NCBI GenBank assembly: GCA_018499905.2
Contig: JAHBAU020000003.1
Location: 1-59,825, forward strand
Source: Candidatus Saccharimonadota bacterium
Lineage (GTDB): Bacteria; Patescibacteriota; Saccharimonadia; Saccharimonadales; AQU-01
Length of the DNA stretch: 59,825 bases
Reading direction: 5' to 3'
Below are positions 57,587 to 59,825 of the stretch, piece by piece. How positions within the stretch are numbered: the first letter of the stretch is position 1; each line of letters begins with the position of its first letter. The notes beneath the pieces were generated by a model that worked only from the letters and a program-made list of their open reading frames with translations, ran no database searches and was not told where the DNA came from. The position numbers and the translations under genes are program-made.

Positions 57587-58219
57587 ATGGCTAAATATTA
57601 CACAGGTGGTGGCATAGAAGGGTATGAAGGGTTTGAAACGTTGCGTGGGCTGCAGCCACTAACGCGTGCGTTCGACCTTGCAACAGCACGTTTAAGGGAT
57701 AGCGATATTCTGGTCGATGCACCATTTGCTGCCCACAACTATGGCAGTCCATTACGGGCCTACCGTCGGATAAAGTATATTTCTGGTCTTGTAGAAGAGA
57801 ATGAAATGCGTGCATCAGTTTTGCTACATGACGAAAGAGCTGTTGGGGTTGGCAGTGCTGTCCCGGCAGATTTTCCTGGCACTTTTGATGAACTTAGGGA
57901 TGCAGGTATAAGACCAGAATTACCGATGACAGCTGTTGAAATTGACTACTGGCATGCAGACTTAGCACCAGCTCAGCGAAGTGTTTTTGACGCACGGACT
58001 ACTCGAACGCTTATTTCGCAATCCTTAGGACTGGTGGGAGCGCGAGGCGGCGATATGGTGCTTGCATGGCAAGCCGTGCCAACGGTCAATGTGAGTGAAC
58101 AAGAGGCCTGTCTGGCTAACGGAATGGTACCAGTGGGTGAGCCTGGCAATATTGCAATAGGTGACGGGGTAGATCTCGTTCGGCAAGTATACGCTAAACC
58201 AGCCGCTATACTTGGTTGA
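57587..58219 (+). CDS. Orphan protein, weakly GNAT-like
   Basis: 210-aa ORF with TGCTATAAT promoter; VLLHDERAVGVG, EIDYW, LANGMVPVGE recall RimJ/RimL-type elements. Confidence 0.55.
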   Translation: MAKYYTGGGIEGYEGFETLRGLQPLTRAFDLATARLRDSDILVDAPFAAHNYGSPLRAYRRIKYISGLVEENEMRASVLLHDERAVGVGSAVPADFPGTFDELRDAGIRPELPMTAVEIDYWHADLAPAQRSVFDARTTRTLISQSLGLVGARGGDMVLAWQAVPTVNVSEQEACLANGMVPVGEPGNIAIGDGVDLVRQVYAKPAAILG

Positions 58220-58237
58220 TTTATCGAAACCACGTAC

Positions 58238-58266
58238 TTGACTCCTGACTCCTGACTCTATACACT
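58238..58266 (+). promoter_or_regulatory. sigma70 promoter of rpoB
   Basis: TTGACT 58238-58243, 17 bp spacer containing GACTCCT repeats, TACACT 58261-58266. Confidence 0.7.
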
Positions 58267-58272
58267 ACCATG

Positions 58273-58534
58273 TAAGAAGTAGTGTAAGTCCTGCTTTGCT
58301 ATGGCCGATAAAACGACCAGATTTAGCAACAAAATGCACGGCGCTTAGTCATCTTCACCACTAAAACCATCAATTTTTATAACAACAAACGTCACGATTT
58401 AAAGCATTTTGGCCTTCGTTAAAGGTCTGCTTTGGTTAGGGCGAGTACGCGCGATATAACAATCTAAAGCCGACTATAGCAATGTACTGCTCCGGAACGG
58501 TACATAGAGCGGCGGATAGGGGTACTAGGCACAC
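58273..58534 (+). ncRNA. Candidate structured 5' leader or sRNA upstream of rpoB
   Basis: Long-range pairing TTGCTATGGCCG 58296-58307 with CGACTATAGCAA 58471-58482, plus local hairpins 58401-58433 and 58482-58505. Confidence 0.45.
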
Positions 58535-59825
58535 ATGGCGAAAACCGCTTCAAAGCCAGCAAAAACCAAAAGAGTTTTTTATACGCAAGGAGACGATGTT
58601 CTTTCCTTGCCAAATCTCGTCGATCACCAGAATAAATCATTCCAGTGGTTTGTCGAAGAAGGTTTAGGCGAATTACTTGCCGAAATCAGCCCGATTGATG
58701 ACTATACGGGCACCAAGCTTACCTTATCGTTTAAGGATTATCGTTTTGAAGATCCAAAGACGACCGAGGCTGAAGCTCGCGAAAACAACATCAGCTACGA
58801 GGCGCCATTGAAGGCGACAGTCGTCCTGACGAACAAGGTCACTGGTGAAATCAAAGAACAAGAGATTTATCTGGGTGATTACCCGTGGATGACCGAACGC
58901 GGCACCTTTGTAATTAATGGCGCCGAGCGCGTTGTTGTTAGTCAGTTGATCCGTTCAGCTGGCGTTTTCTTTACGGCCGACAATCATGGCAGCCACACAC
59001 TCTACGGTGCCAAGGTTATTCCTGGCCGTGGTGCGTGGTTGGAGTTTGAAACGTCTGCCGCAGGCGCAATCTACGTGAAGATTGACCGCAAGCGCAAAAT
59101 TCCGGTAACGACATTGCTGCGTGCTTTGGGTATTAGCGACAATCAGATGAAGAATGATCTCTTCAAGCATGTCGACCAAGGTAGCACAAACTACATCGAA
59201 GCGACTCTAGACAAAGATCCAGCCCGCAGTAGTGGTGAGTCGCTGATTGAAGTGTATCGACGGTTACGCCCAGGTGACTTGGCGACGGTAGATAACGCTC
59301 GCAGCTTACTCGAAAACATGTTCTATAACTTCAAGCGCTTCGATTTTAGCCGCGTTGGCCGATACAAGATTAACAAGCGACTCAATCTTGACGTGCCCAA
59401 TACGCTTGAAAACCGCGTTATGCGGCCTGAAGACTTGATTGCTATTATTGCTGAAATTATTCGTTTGAATGCCACACAAGAGCCAGCCGATGACATCGAT
59501 AGCTTGGCGAACCGACGCGTGAAGTTGGTTGGTGAGCTCGTTCAGCGCCAGTTCCGGATTGGGTTGTTGCGCATGGAGCGAAACACCAAAGACCGCATGA
59601 GCATGAGCGAGATCGAGACCGTTACCCCCGGTCAATTGATCAATGCTCGTCCGGTTGTGGCTGCTGTTCGTGAATTCTTTGCCAGCTCGCAGTTGTCACA
59701 GTTCATGGACCAGATCAACCCACTGTCTGAGCTCGCTCACAAGCGCCCCTTAAGCTCAATGGGTCCTGGTGGTTTGAGTCGTGAGCGTGCTGGTTTTGAA
59801 GTTCGAGACGCACACGCCACTCACT
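58535..59825 (+). CDS. rpoB: DNA-directed RNA polymerase subunit beta (5' part, truncated by window end)
   Basis: Not in the ORF track as it has no stop. Translates as MAKTASK..LPNLVDHQNKSFQWF..GTFVINGAERVVVSQL..DDIDSLANRR..SQLSQFMDQINPLSELAHK..GPGGLSRERAGFEVRD. Confidence 0.97.
   Translation, partial: MAKTASKPAKTKRVFYTQGDDVLSLPNLVDHQNKSFQWFVEEGLGELLAEISPIDDYTGTKLTLSFKDYRFEDPKTTEAEARENNISYEAPLKATVVLTNKVTGEIKEQEIYLGDYPWMTERGTFVINGAERVVVSQLIRSAGVFFTADNHGSHTLYGAKVIPGRGAWLEFETSAAGAIYVKIDRKRKIPVTTLLRALGISDNQMKNDLFKHVDQGSTNYIEATLDKDPARSSGESLIEVYRRLRPGDLATVDNARSLLENMFYNFKRFDFSRVGRYKINKRLNLDVPNTLENRVMRPEDLIAIIAEIIRLNATQEPADDIDSLANRRVKLVGELVQRQFRIGLLRMERNTKDRMSMSEIETVTPGQLINARPVVAAVREFFASSQLSQFMDQINPLSELAHKRPLSSMGPGGLSRERAGFEVRDAHATH

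Noticed and set aside
58240-58260. GACTCCT x3 tandem repeat as a phase-variable switch
   Set aside because: Only three 7-bp units, the last imperfect; no evidence of length variation from one sequence

Overview
This is a core-chromosome segment of a small-genome bacterium using the standard genetic code. It is most likely Candidatus Saccharibacteria (Patescibacteria/CPR), inferred from the gene inventory and protein styles rather than from a database search. It carries a thioredoxin-reductase/glutaredoxin pair and a glycolysis plus non-oxidative pentose-phosphate operon (gap-rpiB-rpe-split tkt-fba-pfkB). Other core genes are uvrB, gatC-gatA-X-gatB, galU, dnaE, a pilB-like ATPase, rplS-rnhB-yraN, pepN, nusA, clpC, radA, a class A PBP, recG, rsmD, tRNA-Leu(TAG), hisS, tig-clpP and the 5' part of rpoB. 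I saw no transposase, integrase, prophage, CRISPR array or obvious multi-gene defence system. The most interesting signals are non-coding or subtle: (1) CIRCE (HrcA) operators overlapping the -35 boxes of both clpC and clpP; (2) pervasive leaderless-type promoters, with a -10 box 6-9 nt before ATG and no SD; (3) four unrelated 110-150 bp long-hairpin elements, one bracketed by a duplicated tRNA 3' end; (4) a ~260 nt structured rpoB leader and an Arg->Pro change in the RpoB rifampicin pocket; (5) a tyrS-like 5' remnant flanked by inverted repeats; and (6) many solitary orphan genes, mostly with their own promoters, several of which look like degenerate enzyme folds (MOSC, transglutaminase, 2OG-oxygenase, GNAT, SAM-MTase), inserted between core genes. 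All family calls come from motif recognition by eye.
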